A stretch of DNA of 64,000 nt from Podarcis liolepis (Eukaryota): assembly GCA_965112155.1 (NCBI GenBank), contig OZ218099.1; one strand, written 5' to 3'. Below, in pieces: positions 52,021 through 64,000 of this stretch. Under the pieces are notes generated by a model. That model was not told where the DNA came from. It was given only the letters and a program-made list of their open reading frames with translations, and did not search any database. Each line of letters starts with the position of its first letter. Within the stretch, counting starts at the first letter, position 1. The position numbers were made by a program, and so were the translations under genes.

Positions 52021-54731
52021 TATTTATTCCCTGCCCATCTGGCTGGGTTTCCCCAGCATTGTTATTAGTCAAAATTGCTTTGCAATAATGGGCACCTTAG
52101 TCAAAACTGCATATAAAATGTATTTATTAGGAGAAATTAGAACTAAAATGCTGTTGAATTTTCATGAGGAAAGATTGGAAACAAGAGAAACAGACAGAAC
52201 TGAAATTGGCAAGTTCTTCCATCCCTAGCTGTGCTTTGCATACCATGCCTCTCTGGTCAGGAGGAGGCTTAAAAACTGAGAAAAGAAAAAGGAGGGGAAG
52301 AGATCCTTCCCTGCAGATTCCCGAAGAAGCGATTCTAACTCTTGGCCATTTTTATATATCCATCACAGCTTCAGCTGAACAGCAGAAGTTTGAGTGAAGC
52401 AAGGATGGAAAGATACTGAGAGTAAAAAATAAAAAGGTGTCAATTTTGAACAATGGCAGAGGTTTGAGTAGAGCAAGCAGGGGGAAGGGTAACCCAGAGG
52501 GGTAGCAGCAGTTTAAAACAAGGTTTGAGTACAGTAAGAAAGGAGTTGGGAAAGGCTCTGTTGTGCTAGTTTTTTGTGTTTGCTTCTGTGTGTGTATATC
52601 TCAACTATTTCTCTTTGTTAAAATTGTTTCCTTTCTTTCTTCCAAAAAAGAGCAACCCCTCAGTGTCCCTCCATCCCTAAATACAATGCATTTCACTATG
52701 ATACCATGAGTTCCAGGCGCCAAGTTCCAGATTCAATGCAGTAATTTAGCACATATATTTTCTTAAGGAACAAACATCCAGCTGTGCACAGCATCACCTG
52801 AACTTAACCTTCTCTACCTGAAAAAGCTAGCTGACCGCCTTGTTCTTAAGATTCTACTCATCTTATATATGCAGTAATATATATAATGGGATATGTGTGT
52901 GTAAAGAGGCTGCAGAATAGAAGAAAGGAGGGAGAACAGAAATGGGAGCGATCTGTGTGCAAGGGAGAAAAGAAGGATGGAGGGGAAAGGAAGGGAGTGA
53001 ATGTAAAAAATGCAAAGGGGGTTGCAAAAAAAGAAAGGAGGAGGAGAAAGAAGGGGCAGAATATGAAAAGGGTGCTTTGTAGTTGCAATATGTGGAAGGA
53101 GGAAGATGCAGGAGGTTACCAGGAGGTGGGTTTCTGTGCAAGGGGAGCTGCACTAAAGGAGACGTTGGAGGAGGCGTCTACATGGGGGTGAAGGTGAAAA
53201 TGGGTTGCAGAACAGAACAGGCAAGTGGCTTCAGAAATAGGGTTGGGAAGGTGAAAAGCGAGCTTTGTAGTTGCATGGGATGGGGAAAAGAAGCTCTAGG
53301 GGCTGATGTGGGGGGAATGGAAGGGGATGGCAAGCAGTGTGAGCAGGGGTGCAACACGTTACTTAAATTTGTCAGAGAAGCTGCCTTGGCCTTGTTCCTT
53401 TACTCACTTTCCCTACACGCTGCAGCTGATGAGATTATCAGCAAAAGAAAATTCCACACTTCCCGCCGTGCACAACAAGCACAAATGCAGTGTTGAACAC
53501 CTCCCTTTTCCACTGCCAAAGTCTTATAACTGGGCCCCTGACACCCAGCACTTACCATTCACTCATTACCTACAGCCAAAATGCAGACTGGTTGTCTTCT
53601 GAATTTCATTTCCTCCTGGTCTATCCAGAAGGCCATGCCCTTCCTTTCTACTGTTCTAAAGACACAGGGCTTGTGCAGTCACTGAATTGCTCCACTCCCT
53701 TGCAAGAAAAATCTAATCATCACAGGAACTTCATTCAACTGGGAGTCTAGTGGCACTCTGAAGACTAACATATTTATAGTAGCAAAGATGTATATGCCAC
53801 GGTAAATATTACAATTTTTAAGGTGTTACCTCTTCCCTTTCTGTTTGTGGTTACTTTTCAGGATCTGAACTGTATAAATGACAAGGTCTTCATGCACAAG
53901 TTTACACAGGTCCACACGCTACTGCCCCCTAGCTTACAGAAATAGCATGTATATCAGAGATTTATAGTACGACTTATATGTTGTTGAAAAGAGACCAGAG
54001 TGTACAATAAAGCAATAGGAAAACTGCCCCACACTTCCCATGTGAAAACTTGGCTGCCTATATTCACCCTTACATGCCTGGTCCCTTATATATTACAAAA
54101 TGTGTGCACTGATCAAATGTGCAATTTACCTGGTCCCCACATTATTTCCACCACAATCCTCTGCTTCTAAAAGTGGAAGCTTTGTCAGAATATGGCAAAA
54201 GTGTGCATTGCCTACATTTCATATTATTTTATATGCATGGAAGTTGACATGCAGCTTTCATAGGCATCTGTAGATAGAAACTTTCTCCTTAACCACCTTT
54301 TGAATAGGTCTTGCCCATCTTTGAATTGTAGTTTTCTCCGCAGTGAGTCTGTGCAAGTTTCAGGGCATAAATTACCCTTCCAGGGTTGCATTTCAAATAT
54401 TTTCAGACTCAGCAGCATGGTGTGATAAAAGTGGTAGTCCAACAACATCTGAAAGGCCACAGGCTCCCCATCCCTGACCTAGAAGAATCCTATAATAAAT
54501 TTGGCCTGTACACCACCTCCCACTAGATTTTAGTTCTAAACTAAACTGGGAGTGATACAGAAAGAGAGATGGTAGGGCACAAGGGGGGGCGGATTGTGAG
54601 ACAGAAACTTGCTCCTCGCCTGCCACTAACGCCAATCCAAGGACAGTGTTCCCAGACCAAAGAGTACAGGAGTAATTAAGGACATGTGGGATTTGAAGTT
54701 AATTTCTGAAATAAAAAATGGCGCCACGTAC

Positions 54732-54885
54732 CTGTGTACTCCGGGAAGCAGATGGCCAAGGGGCTGTGGATGATCTTCTCCTCAAAGAGATCCTTCTTGT
54801 TGAGGAAGAGGATGATGGATGTGTCTGTGAACCACTTGTTGTTACAGATGCTGTCAAACAGCTTCATGCTCTCGTGCATCCGATT
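54732..54885 (-). CDS. GNAI2: G protein alpha-i2 coding exon (NKKD)
   Basis: [52 protein letters not shown]; 154 nt; AG/GT boundaries. Confidence 0.96.
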
Positions 54886-55055
54886 CTGTCAAGGCAACAA
54901 ATATGCTGAGCCAAGAAGTGTGCTTAGAGGAAGAAGGGGGAAGGGTAAAGGAGCTGAAGGATTAAGAGTATAGAAAACAAAATCGAGCGATTTCTGTCTC
55001 AAAGAGCAAGTATGGCGCCTTGAAGGCTTTATGGCAAAGATGAATATTTCCTTAC

Positions 55056-55185
55056 CATCTCCTCATCTTCAGCAAGAACCAAATCATATGCGCTAAGGGC
55101 AACACAGAAGATAATGGCAGTCACTCCTTCAAAGCAGTGGATCCACTTCTTTCTCTCGGACCTCTGTCCCCCCACATCAAACATC
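55056..55185 (-). CDS. GNAI2: G protein alpha-i2 coding exon (DVGGQ); upstream exons not found in window
   Basis: [43 protein letters not shown]; 130 nt. Confidence 0.96.
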
Positions 55186-55316
55186 CTGTGAGGGGGAAAA
55201 ACCCACAATGTTACTGAGGTCTGACATGACAGCAATTACAGCAACATCATATTGCAACATCATATTGATGGAAACCAAAAGAAAATATGGGCTTAACCAA
55301 GGCTGGAAACTAAGTA

Positions 55317-55525
55317 CAGTGGTACCTCGGGTTAAGTACTTAATTCATTCCGGAGGTCTGTTCTTAACCTGAAGCACCAGTTTAGCTAATGGGGCCTCCT
55401 GCTGCCGCCGCACAGCCAGAGCACAATTTCTGTTCTCATCCTGAAGCAAAGTTCTTAACCCGAGGTACTATTTCTGGGTTAGCGGAGTCCGTAACCTGAA
55501 ACGTATGTAACCGGAGCTACCACTG
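55317..55525. mobile_element. Tigger-like MITE, same family as 177-401, opposite orientation
   Basis: TA|CAGTGGTACCTCGGGTTAAGTACTTAATT...TACCACTG; internal sequence is the reverse complement of the first copy. Confidence 0.85.
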
Positions 55526-56099
55526 TTTAACTTTGAAGCAGTCACTGAGTCTGGTTCCTTACTGTCTCAATGGGAAAATGTGGAGATTTAAGTCTGCAAG
55601 ATGGCTTGGAGGGCAAACATCCCTGCCTGCTTAATGCTGCAAATATGAGTATACTGAGTAGCAGACTGCTGCCCAGTCCCGATTCCCTCAGACAAACATT
55701 CTTGGACTTTCCCTTCCTTGTATGAAAAGTAAAGAAAGAAGGAAACTTCTTGCATCTCTCAGAGCCATCTGCTGCATGGTTAAGAAGTACATCTTTCTTC
55801 TGTTTGGAACCTGGAGCCCAACTGCTAAGTGTCTGAAAGGGAGTCACACCAACGGACTTGGTGAATGCACTATTCTCAGCATCAACAAAGCGACTCTCAG
55901 CATAGCCAAAGCCAGTGGCACTAAGGAACACACACAATGAACTCAAAGGGTAATAATACAACCATGATGACGCTGTCATGATGGCCACAGTAACCAGAGC
56001 ACTGGATAAGGATTTCTGTACAACCAGTTCAGCACAAGGCAATGATCTTCCCTAATCCAAGTAATAGGCACTGAGGCTGGTTCTACATGTGATATTCTA

Positions 56100-56305
56100 G
56101 AGTGGAACCTTGGTTCTCGAACTTAATCCGTTCCGGGAGTCCGTTTGACTCCCAAAACTGTTCGAAAACCAAAGTGCAGCTTCTGATTGGCTGCAGGAGC
56201 TTCCTGCACTCAATCGAATGTTTGGCTTCCGAAAAAATTTCCCAAACCATAACACTTACTTCCAGGTTTGTAGTGTTCAGAAGCCAATTTGTTTGGGAGC
56301 CAAGC
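56100..56305. mobile_element. Truncated Tigger-like MITE
   Basis: AGTGGAACCTTGGTTCTCGAACTTAATCCGTTCCGG left end resembles the other CAGTGG-type MITEs; right TIR absent. Confidence 0.55.
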
Positions 56306-56353
<48 letters not shown>

Positions 56354-56389
56354 TACTACCACCACCACCACCACCACCACCACCACCAC
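56306..56389. repeat. (TAT)n(TAC)n(CAC)n compound microsatellite
   Basis: Direct reading. Confidence 0.95.
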
Positions 56390-58142
56390 TCAATTAAACT
56401 TATGACTGACATACAAAAATAGTGATCACTGATCTTCCCTCTTCTGCCCTTATTAATGTCTACAATATGTTGCCTATCCTGTGAGTGGGGAAACACAGCA
56501 CTACCACATCAAGATAGGAGGTTGTCTGTCAAGTTACTGATGATAAATGACATGCGCAGTTGCTGCGTTCAACGACATCTATGTGCTTCATGGGTTATGT
56601 CTTCCTGCCCTGAAGCACAGAGAAAACTGCTTTTGTGGTTTCAGAAGAGCCATAGCTCCCAAGAAAAAGTGTTCCTGGAAGGCAGCCACAAACAGTTCCC
56701 CAGCATTAAGAGTTTAGAGTACAGCAGGGCAAAGAGGTTAGTTAGTGAGAGGAGACAGCCACTGCCTGACACTTGCCACTAATTTACTCCAAGCAGTTAA
56801 CATCAAAAACATTGCAACAAAAAAATCAAACTGTACAATAAAACCAAAACAAGAGTTGAAAAGTAGTGAACCCAACCAGACATACTAATCTCAGCAGAAA
56901 CTCAAATGCACAATATAAAACCTATACAGAAGGGCGAGGAGCAACAGAATCCTCTAAGTCCAGCTTAAAGGGACAGGTTTTAGACCAACATTTGAAAACA
57001 TAGAGCATTATGGCTTGGGCTAGAATGGTCCCATGACTGAAAAGGCCTTGCTCCTAGAGGAAATCTGTTCAACCCCATGCATTTTAGACTATATACATAT
57101 TATCTTGGTTGGAATTCATAGTAAGACAGCAAAAAGGAAGACAATGCTAATATAACACTGCATATGAGTGAGATACTTTCTCTAATGTCATTCCCCTGAG
57201 AATTTACCCTGATATCACTAGGAGAGAACATGAGCATTAGTCACTGCCTGGCAATGGTAGTCAAGAATTTCCTGAAGTACACTCTGGATTCAGATTGTTA
57301 TCTTGCAGCCTCAATTTGCTGACAGATGGAAGGAGAAAAATGATTCTGCCTGTGCTAGAAGAGCAAAAACGTGTGTGGGCTGCAACGCAGTGGGACAGGA
57401 CTGTAAACTTAGGCATACTTTCTGCTTTGGGGGACGTGGGGTAGGTGGGGGGGGAGAAGAACATCTGATCTGGCTAATGGAGCCGTAAGTCATTTGAAGG
57501 CCCATGCAGTGCATAATAATCAGTTAGCTGCCCAGCAGGACCTGAGCAAGGCCATTAGTGGTACTTAGAAACTGCTTTAAAACACCAGGTGACTTCCCAA
57601 CAAAGGCCATGTGAAGGCATCGTCATATTCCAAAAATTACTAATAAATGCAGCTAAAACATGGCCACTGCATCTACCAACATAAATCATTGTGAATCCTA
57701 GGAGAAGCCAAACTACCATGGATACCTATAGAAGAGCTCAAGGGAGAATGGAAATGGGAAATAGGTTCAGGATGAATGAACCATCAGGTGCCACAGAATA
57801 GGAAAGAGCACATGCCACTCCCTCACACCAGTCCAGGCCCCAGAAAGGAACACGAGGGCCCTGCAACAAAACGTTGCAGTGTGGAGTGCTGCTCCCATTT
57901 ACTTTTCCAGTAAGCCAACCCTGCTTTCCTCTGCTATACTCCATCCCATTTCCCCTCCCTCTGGCTTTCCTCCACCTCTCACCCCATCAACAAGCATTTT
58001 GAGGCAACTGAGCACACAAAGCCCTCAACTTTACATACAAAGATGTATATAAGTGTAATAAAATAAATAAATAAAAATAAATCTTCCTTGTTTTAAGAGA
58101 CAGAAAAGGAAGGGCTGTTCATCTAGCCCTGGAACCAGTATA

Positions 58143-58378
58143 CAGTGGTACCTTGGTTTACAAACGTAATCCATTCTGGAAGTCCATTCTTAAACCAAGG
58201 CATGCTTTCCCATAGGAGCGGGGGACTCAATTTACAAATGGAACACACTCAACAAAAAACGGAACATGTTCTTATTCCAAGGCAAAGTTCACAAACCAAA
58301 ACACCTACTTCCAGATTTGCAGCATTCCTAACCCAAGTTGTTCATAAACTAAGCTGTTCTTAAACGAAGGTACCACTG
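58143..58378. mobile_element. Tigger-like MITE
   Basis: TA|CAGTGGTACCTTGGTTTA...TAAACGAAGGTACCACTG|TA. Confidence 0.85.
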
Positions 58379-61300
58379 TACTTAGTTTTCTTCTAGCTAC
58401 TCCTACCCTGCTGTCTGCTCTGGCCTGGGATAAGGCTGTTCTTCCCCCATGGACCCCCCCCCCGGATTGTTCTCTTCAAGTTCTTTAGTAAGATTTGAAC
58501 AGCGGCTTCCCAGCTCATTTCTGAGTGCCATGCTACACTACTGTTTGTGCAGCCGTAAATCTATAAAGCCAAGGTAAAGTTTAACTCTAAACAAAAGCTT
58601 TTCTGAAAACATCCAGAACCTGTAACTTGGGGAGCTACAGCAAAAGTGACTGTCTGAAAACCAAAGAGATCCATGGAAATTTGTCGCACTAGATTGGAGG
58701 ACCCAATTTCAGGATTGAATTCTGCCTGGTGGTAGAAGGAGGATGGCACATCTTCAATCTGCATGTTTTATTTGGCCTGCACAATCTTGTGGGCAACACA
58801 GTTACGTATTTGCTGGGAACAAGACAAGACTCTGAAACTTCATGGTAAATGATTAAACTATATTTTCTAAGCCTTCTGCTACATTGCTGACATACAATGA
58901 TAGCTCAGAACTAAGGGCTACTGAACAGCCCCCTTTTCCCAAACATTTGAGATGTTGCAGAGGCTGGTGTGGTGGGCTGGGTGTTGGACTCTGACCCTTT
59001 GGGGACACACTCATAGGTTGAAATCTGTACTCGGCTCATTGGGTGACCTTGGGCCAAAACACTCTTAGCCTATAGCCTACCTCACAAGGGGCAAAGAAAG
59101 CGAGTGTGTAGGTGTGAGCACACTGCCTTGTGCTCCTTGAAAGAAGGGCAAGATAAAAATGCCATTAGAACATAAATAGGTTTCGAGCACTACTAAGTAC
59201 ACACTTTGCAGAGAGATTATTTCTCAGTGCTGGAAAAACACATTCAAAGTGGCCCTATGAGTTGGCAGGGAAGCCGTGCTATGGGAGAGCTCTCCCCCCC
59301 CCCCGCCCTTTCTGGGGGGATTCTTTGCAGAGTTCTAGGCCTGGCTTGCTGCCAGCCTTCCACACAAGGGCTGTGGAGACAGGCTGCCAACGCACGGGGC
59401 AGGCAGAGCCCTCGGCTGGACAATGAGAGGAAACAGAGTGGGAATTCCATCCCAAGGAAAAGTGGAGACAGGAAGCCGACGTGACATGTAAACAAACTCT
59501 GCCCTTCCACCCCCAGAAAAAGGCACGCCTCAGCAGCTCAATGAAAAGCTGGGCCACATTCTCAGGTGCTAAGAAACATACTACAGAACTTGCTTCATTA
59601 AGAAATGGATGTTGAAAACCCAAGCCTGCGCTTGCACAAGGAAGAAAAAAGGCTAAGATTAGTCCCGGAACATAGTGAAGGGCTATATAAAATTTAACAA
59701 GAGGGCTCATCAAGATGCACTTTTAGTTATGCACTGTCAATATGCATTTGGGAAAGAGATCTGGATGACATTATAATCAAGAGGGAGATATTCCCTCTAA
59801 ATTTCAACAAGCCACTATGAGGAAACTCAAGTATTGCTATGACGATGTAATAATATTTATACATGAGAGCTCCCCTTTCCCTCCAATTCCAGTCATTAAC
59901 TTCAGCAACCAATAAATTCCTTGCGGCATAAACAGCTAACACAGAGATATGTGGACCTGGGGGCTAGTAAAAATGCCCGTGGACTAATCATTTTTGGAGT
60001 AGCTTGCAAGGTTGCTTTCTAATGCAGCAAACATACTTCGCTATGACGAGGCAGCAGCCTCAGGACATTCCCAGATGAGGACGGGAAGTTCAGGAAGGAA
60101 AGGCAACCCTCACACTGGCCAGGCCAGAGGGATGGGAAGCCACAATCCTTTTCTGACCTACGACAACAGGGCCCCTAAGAACTTAAGAGCACAAGAAGAC
60201 CACCTCCAACGAACATAACAAACAGGCGTATCGGCATATGGAAGAAACAACTGCTGTGTTTATTCTCCTTTCATTACATGAACCAAATTTTCCTTTATTT
60301 TTAGGCCTAGTATAGTTAGGCATTCATACAAACCATTCACTCTTAGCTTATTGAGCTACACTGGCTGACGTATATTTCTGTCACGGACAAAGTAGACGGA
60401 ATGAAAAATGCAGCCTCTCTCCTCTCCTCTCCTCTCCTCTCCCCTCCCCATAGTCATTAAGTCATTAGCAGCAGCTAGAGGGGAAAGAAGGGGCACAAAC
60501 TCTATTGGAAATCATATAAATTGAGTTCCACATGCAACTGTGCTAAGGAAAATGATTGGAAATATCTTATTTGGCTTGAAGGCAGACTACCCTCTGGAGA
60601 ACAATGACCCAGAAAGAACCATGTTACTGAAAATCCAATATACTGAGATTGGAGCTTTTTATTACAGCAAATGCTGGGCTCTAAGGGCAGCAGAGTGCTT
60701 CACACTTGCCTCCACTCCAGTTCTCAGAGCATTCATATCACCGGGGCACCTGCCCCTTGCACCAAGAGAAACAGAACCACTTCGCTTAAGTAAGAGAATT
60801 TGGCTGCGATGGGAAGCTGAAGCCAGTCTGGTTTACTGCACACTTGAGTTGCCAGATGCTCCACTAGAGTAACAGGGCCATGCCATAAACAAAAATTTAG
60901 CCACATTAACTTATGTGTGCCATCATCCCATGCTAGGGAGCAAGGTTGTAACCCTCCTAATACATTCTAAGCACATGGGAGGAGGAATTCTATATACCTG
61001 CAAGTGAAGGTGGCACTCCCACTCTCAAACAGTATGCTACCCCAATGAAGGGAGAAGTCTAGAAGTATTTTAAACACTAGAAGCACTTGCTATTTCTCAG
61101 CAACAGTGCTGTTATATTCAGGTACTCACTGGGCCCCTGCCCTGCTAGTCAGTGGTGAGATGAGAGCACATATACTTGGTCAAATGAATGACACCAATGG
61201 AGAAACTTGGTGTCTGAATATTGCTATGCAAATCAATGTATAGCTGTGTTTGACTAAGACACTGCAATTGCACTTAAGGGGAAGCCAAGGTTCTTGTCTT

Positions 61301-64000
61301 GAGAAACAATATTGTATAAACAGCTCCATCGCTTCCAATTTGCTATTCCCTGGTGCAAATGGGCAAAACAACTGGAATGGGGAGTGTTTAGTGTTACACC
61401 TTCAACCATGAGCACTAGCCGGCTTGATCAATCTTTTCCTGTTGGTTTATGTCTTGATAAGGAGGCAGAAACCATAATCCTGGGTCTGGACACAACACTG
61501 ACCTGACTGTTCCTGGTTTGTTTGCCCACTTATGCCAGGGAAGGAGTGAAGCAGGAGCAGGTCAGCTGCATGCATCAGTTCACAACTTGTGCACAGCATA
61601 GTTTATGGAGCCAGAATGCTGCCTTATCATTATATGCAAATGCGGCCTAAGTGTGCTCCTGTGGTCCTTACAACTGTTGGCAATGGCAACTGTGGGATGT
61701 GTGCAGTTTTGTTCTGTTTTTGAACAGAATAATCTTACATTTGGATGAGTTGCATTTTTTGTTCCCAGGAGTGCAAGGCACAACTCATTCTTTTTCAACT
61801 GACTTTTCAGGATTCAAATGGTCAACTAGAAGTTGCAACTCAAAACAGCCAGACTACAGCTTCTTCTTTTTGCATCTCACGCTGCATAATCACACTGCAT
61901 TCATTTGAATATGGAAACCAATTCTGTATCACTCAATCCTACAGAGAAAGAACTAGATCTATTGAGATGCAAAAGTAACTGTCACCACATCTCCTGTGGT
62001 ATGTGTCACTGACAACACACTTCCTCTTTCAAGCCAGTCTTCACTAGAAAGTTTGCTTCTTTGCCTCCATCTATCTCACAGTAATAAAGAAGAGAAAATA
62101 ACACTGATAGACTCAGGAGTGGAACACAGCAGTCTGTTTTGCCCATCAACATCACATTAACTTTGAAAAATGGCACTCATTCTTGTAACCCATAGTACTG
62201 GTGACTGATGTTTGAAAGATGCCTTCAATTGTAGCCAACAGGTGGGGTTCAAGAGTTGGGGAGGAGGAGACTAAGAACTTTTTAGCCATGTGCACCAGCA
62301 TGCTGCCCATTCTCATTAACCCACCATTACTTTTTAACCTTGGTTTAACGTAACGTGTGAACCACGTTAGACGGACTCCTCTCACCCCAAATCTCCCAGC
62401 TGGTGTTGCAATTCATGCCTTGCTTTCATTTAAATTTTCATTGAAGCTCATTGTAACCAGATAAGGCTGTGCAGGGATCCTCAACTGGATCTCAATCAGT
62501 GACATTTCTAGCTCAACTTGTCACAAACTGTGGAGTTCGCTGACCAGTAAATTCCATCTTTAATTGTGCAGAATGTGTGCTTACCTTGAACTGAATACCC
62601 ATTGGATCATAAGAGTCCTCCAGAAAGGAGGTTTTCAGTCTTTGTTTTAAACTAGCACACCCCATCATCTTTAGCATTTTCCAGTGTACACACACTTTAA
62701 AAAGTGTCACCTGGGGCCAACTTGTTGTAATAAGCCAGTCTGCCTACGGTCCATGCATCAAGGAAGTGAACTCTTTAAACTGCTCCAGCAACTCAGTGTG
62801 CTGGCCAGCTGGTGTACAAATACAACCTGCCTTTGCTAGCTGTATTTCCAACTTACCAGATAATCTGGAACTTTTGTACACCCGAAACCCAAAGACATTT
62901 CCCCCATACCACGAAGATGTGCACTTTGATCGGCCATATATTGGCATAGCAGCCTGCCTTTCTGTTGTGCGGAAGGAAAGCTGTAATTCTAGTTTCTTGT
63001 GGTCTAATCCTTGGAATACAAAGGCTTTCCACAGTGATGCCTTCATGCTGCATTCAGAGCCGACAACTGCGGGGAGATTACACTGGCACCATCTCAGCCT
63101 GGACATTTGTATGCCAGACCCTACAGCTCGGCCTACTGGTTTACTGAGTCATGCATTTATGCTCTGATAAAGGCAAGCCAGCATGTTCCCTTTCTAATTC
63201 AACCCAGAGTCAAAAGCCAAAAAGAAAAGGGAAGAAAAGAAAAGCACATCTCTCCTGCATGCAGGCCAGGGAGAAAATCGGGTGCTTGTCAAGGCACCAA
63301 ATAAGCCGATTAAGGAGAAATTGGTTCCAACTGTAAATCTGGCTCCCTTGTGGCTTTGGGATACATCAATCCTTTCTGACAACTCAGCAAATGGATTTGT
63401 GGAAAAGCAAAGCTTTTCAGAATGACCACATCCAGGGCGTTTAAAGCAGAGCTTCTATCATTGCAGTATGAGACAGTGAAGGCAAGGCAATCTGAATAAT
63501 CCTTGCTGTGTTGGAAGGTAATGGACACAATTGTGTTCCACTTGATGGTTAACTATGTGTCTCCCTACTAGCAAATGGTCACATAGTCCTAGGAGTCGCC
63601 CTGATCTGCAGGATTAGATAAAAAATATATGCAAAAAGGCACAAATGAAAATGCTACATATGTAATGCCTAATTCCAGAGGTCAGGCACCCACGTTGATT
63701 TGGCATTTCTTTCTGATTTATATTATTCAATTGTATTGCTTTTCCCAGATCACTATGCAACTGTTGCTGATTCATCCATTTCCCTGTGACATCAGGGGAA
63801 TGTGCAGCACCCTCTCCCTCTGCTGGAATGTCCAGGCCCATCTCCATGGCAGGTTACAAGAGCGCCCTCTGCTGCAGGGTGCGCATAATGTTGCTAAGCC
63901 TACCTTGTGTCAAATACACTGATAGCTAAAACCCAACTTTATCTGTTCTGCAATGAATGTTAGGTACACCTTGAGTCTTATTTCCCCAAAGGAAGCTATA

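Noticed and set aside
52858-53500. Lys/Gly/Glu-rich ORFs in a purine-rich tract
   Set aside because: Low-complexity GA-rich intronic sequence with no splice structure or recognisable domain.
56102-56422. ORF with polyTyr/polyHis
   Set aside because: Translation of a MITE remnant plus a compound microsatellite.
62513-62710. Minus-strand ORF with a strong donor (TTCAAG|GTAAGC at ~62584) as the missing GNAI2 exon
   Set aside because: The translation (SFLEDSYDPMGIQFK) does not match the G-alpha switch I exon, the phase does not fit the next exon, and no good acceptor is visible.

Overview
Vertebrate genomic DNA, almost certainly a squamate and probably a lacertid lizard (Sauria/Squam-type SINEs, lizard-type CR1 and MITEs). 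Three spliced genes can be reconstructed by hand, all with GT-AG boundaries and consistent phases. (1) The last 12 coding exons and 3'UTR of SEMA3F (+, 2608-24077). (2) A complete rod transducin alpha gene, GNAT1 (+, ATG 34253 to stop 45191; 8 coding exons, 1053 nt = 350 aa; plus a non-coding last exon). (3) The 3' part of GNAI2 (-, coding exons at 55056-55185, 54732-54885 and 50078-50268, plus a non-coding last exon), tail-to-tail with GNAT1. Nearly all ORF-track entries are spurious intronic or intergenic ORFs. The most unusual object is a 716-bp hAT element in GNAT1 intron 7 (41945-42660) with perfect 15-bp TIRs and a perfect 8-bp TSD. It has no transposase but carries CpG-island cargo, including what looks like the 5'UTR, start codon and N-terminal coding sequence of RANBP9, plus CCAAT, GC-box, IRF and CRE motifs. 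This suggests a gene-capturing Pack-hAT, nested in a SINE that is itself nested in an older MITE. Second, a Mariner/Tigger-like MITE about 1 kb upstream of GNAT1 carries a dense cluster of CRX/OTX-type TAATCC/TAAGCC motifs. Gene and repeat-family identities rest on recalled reference sequences; no searches were run.
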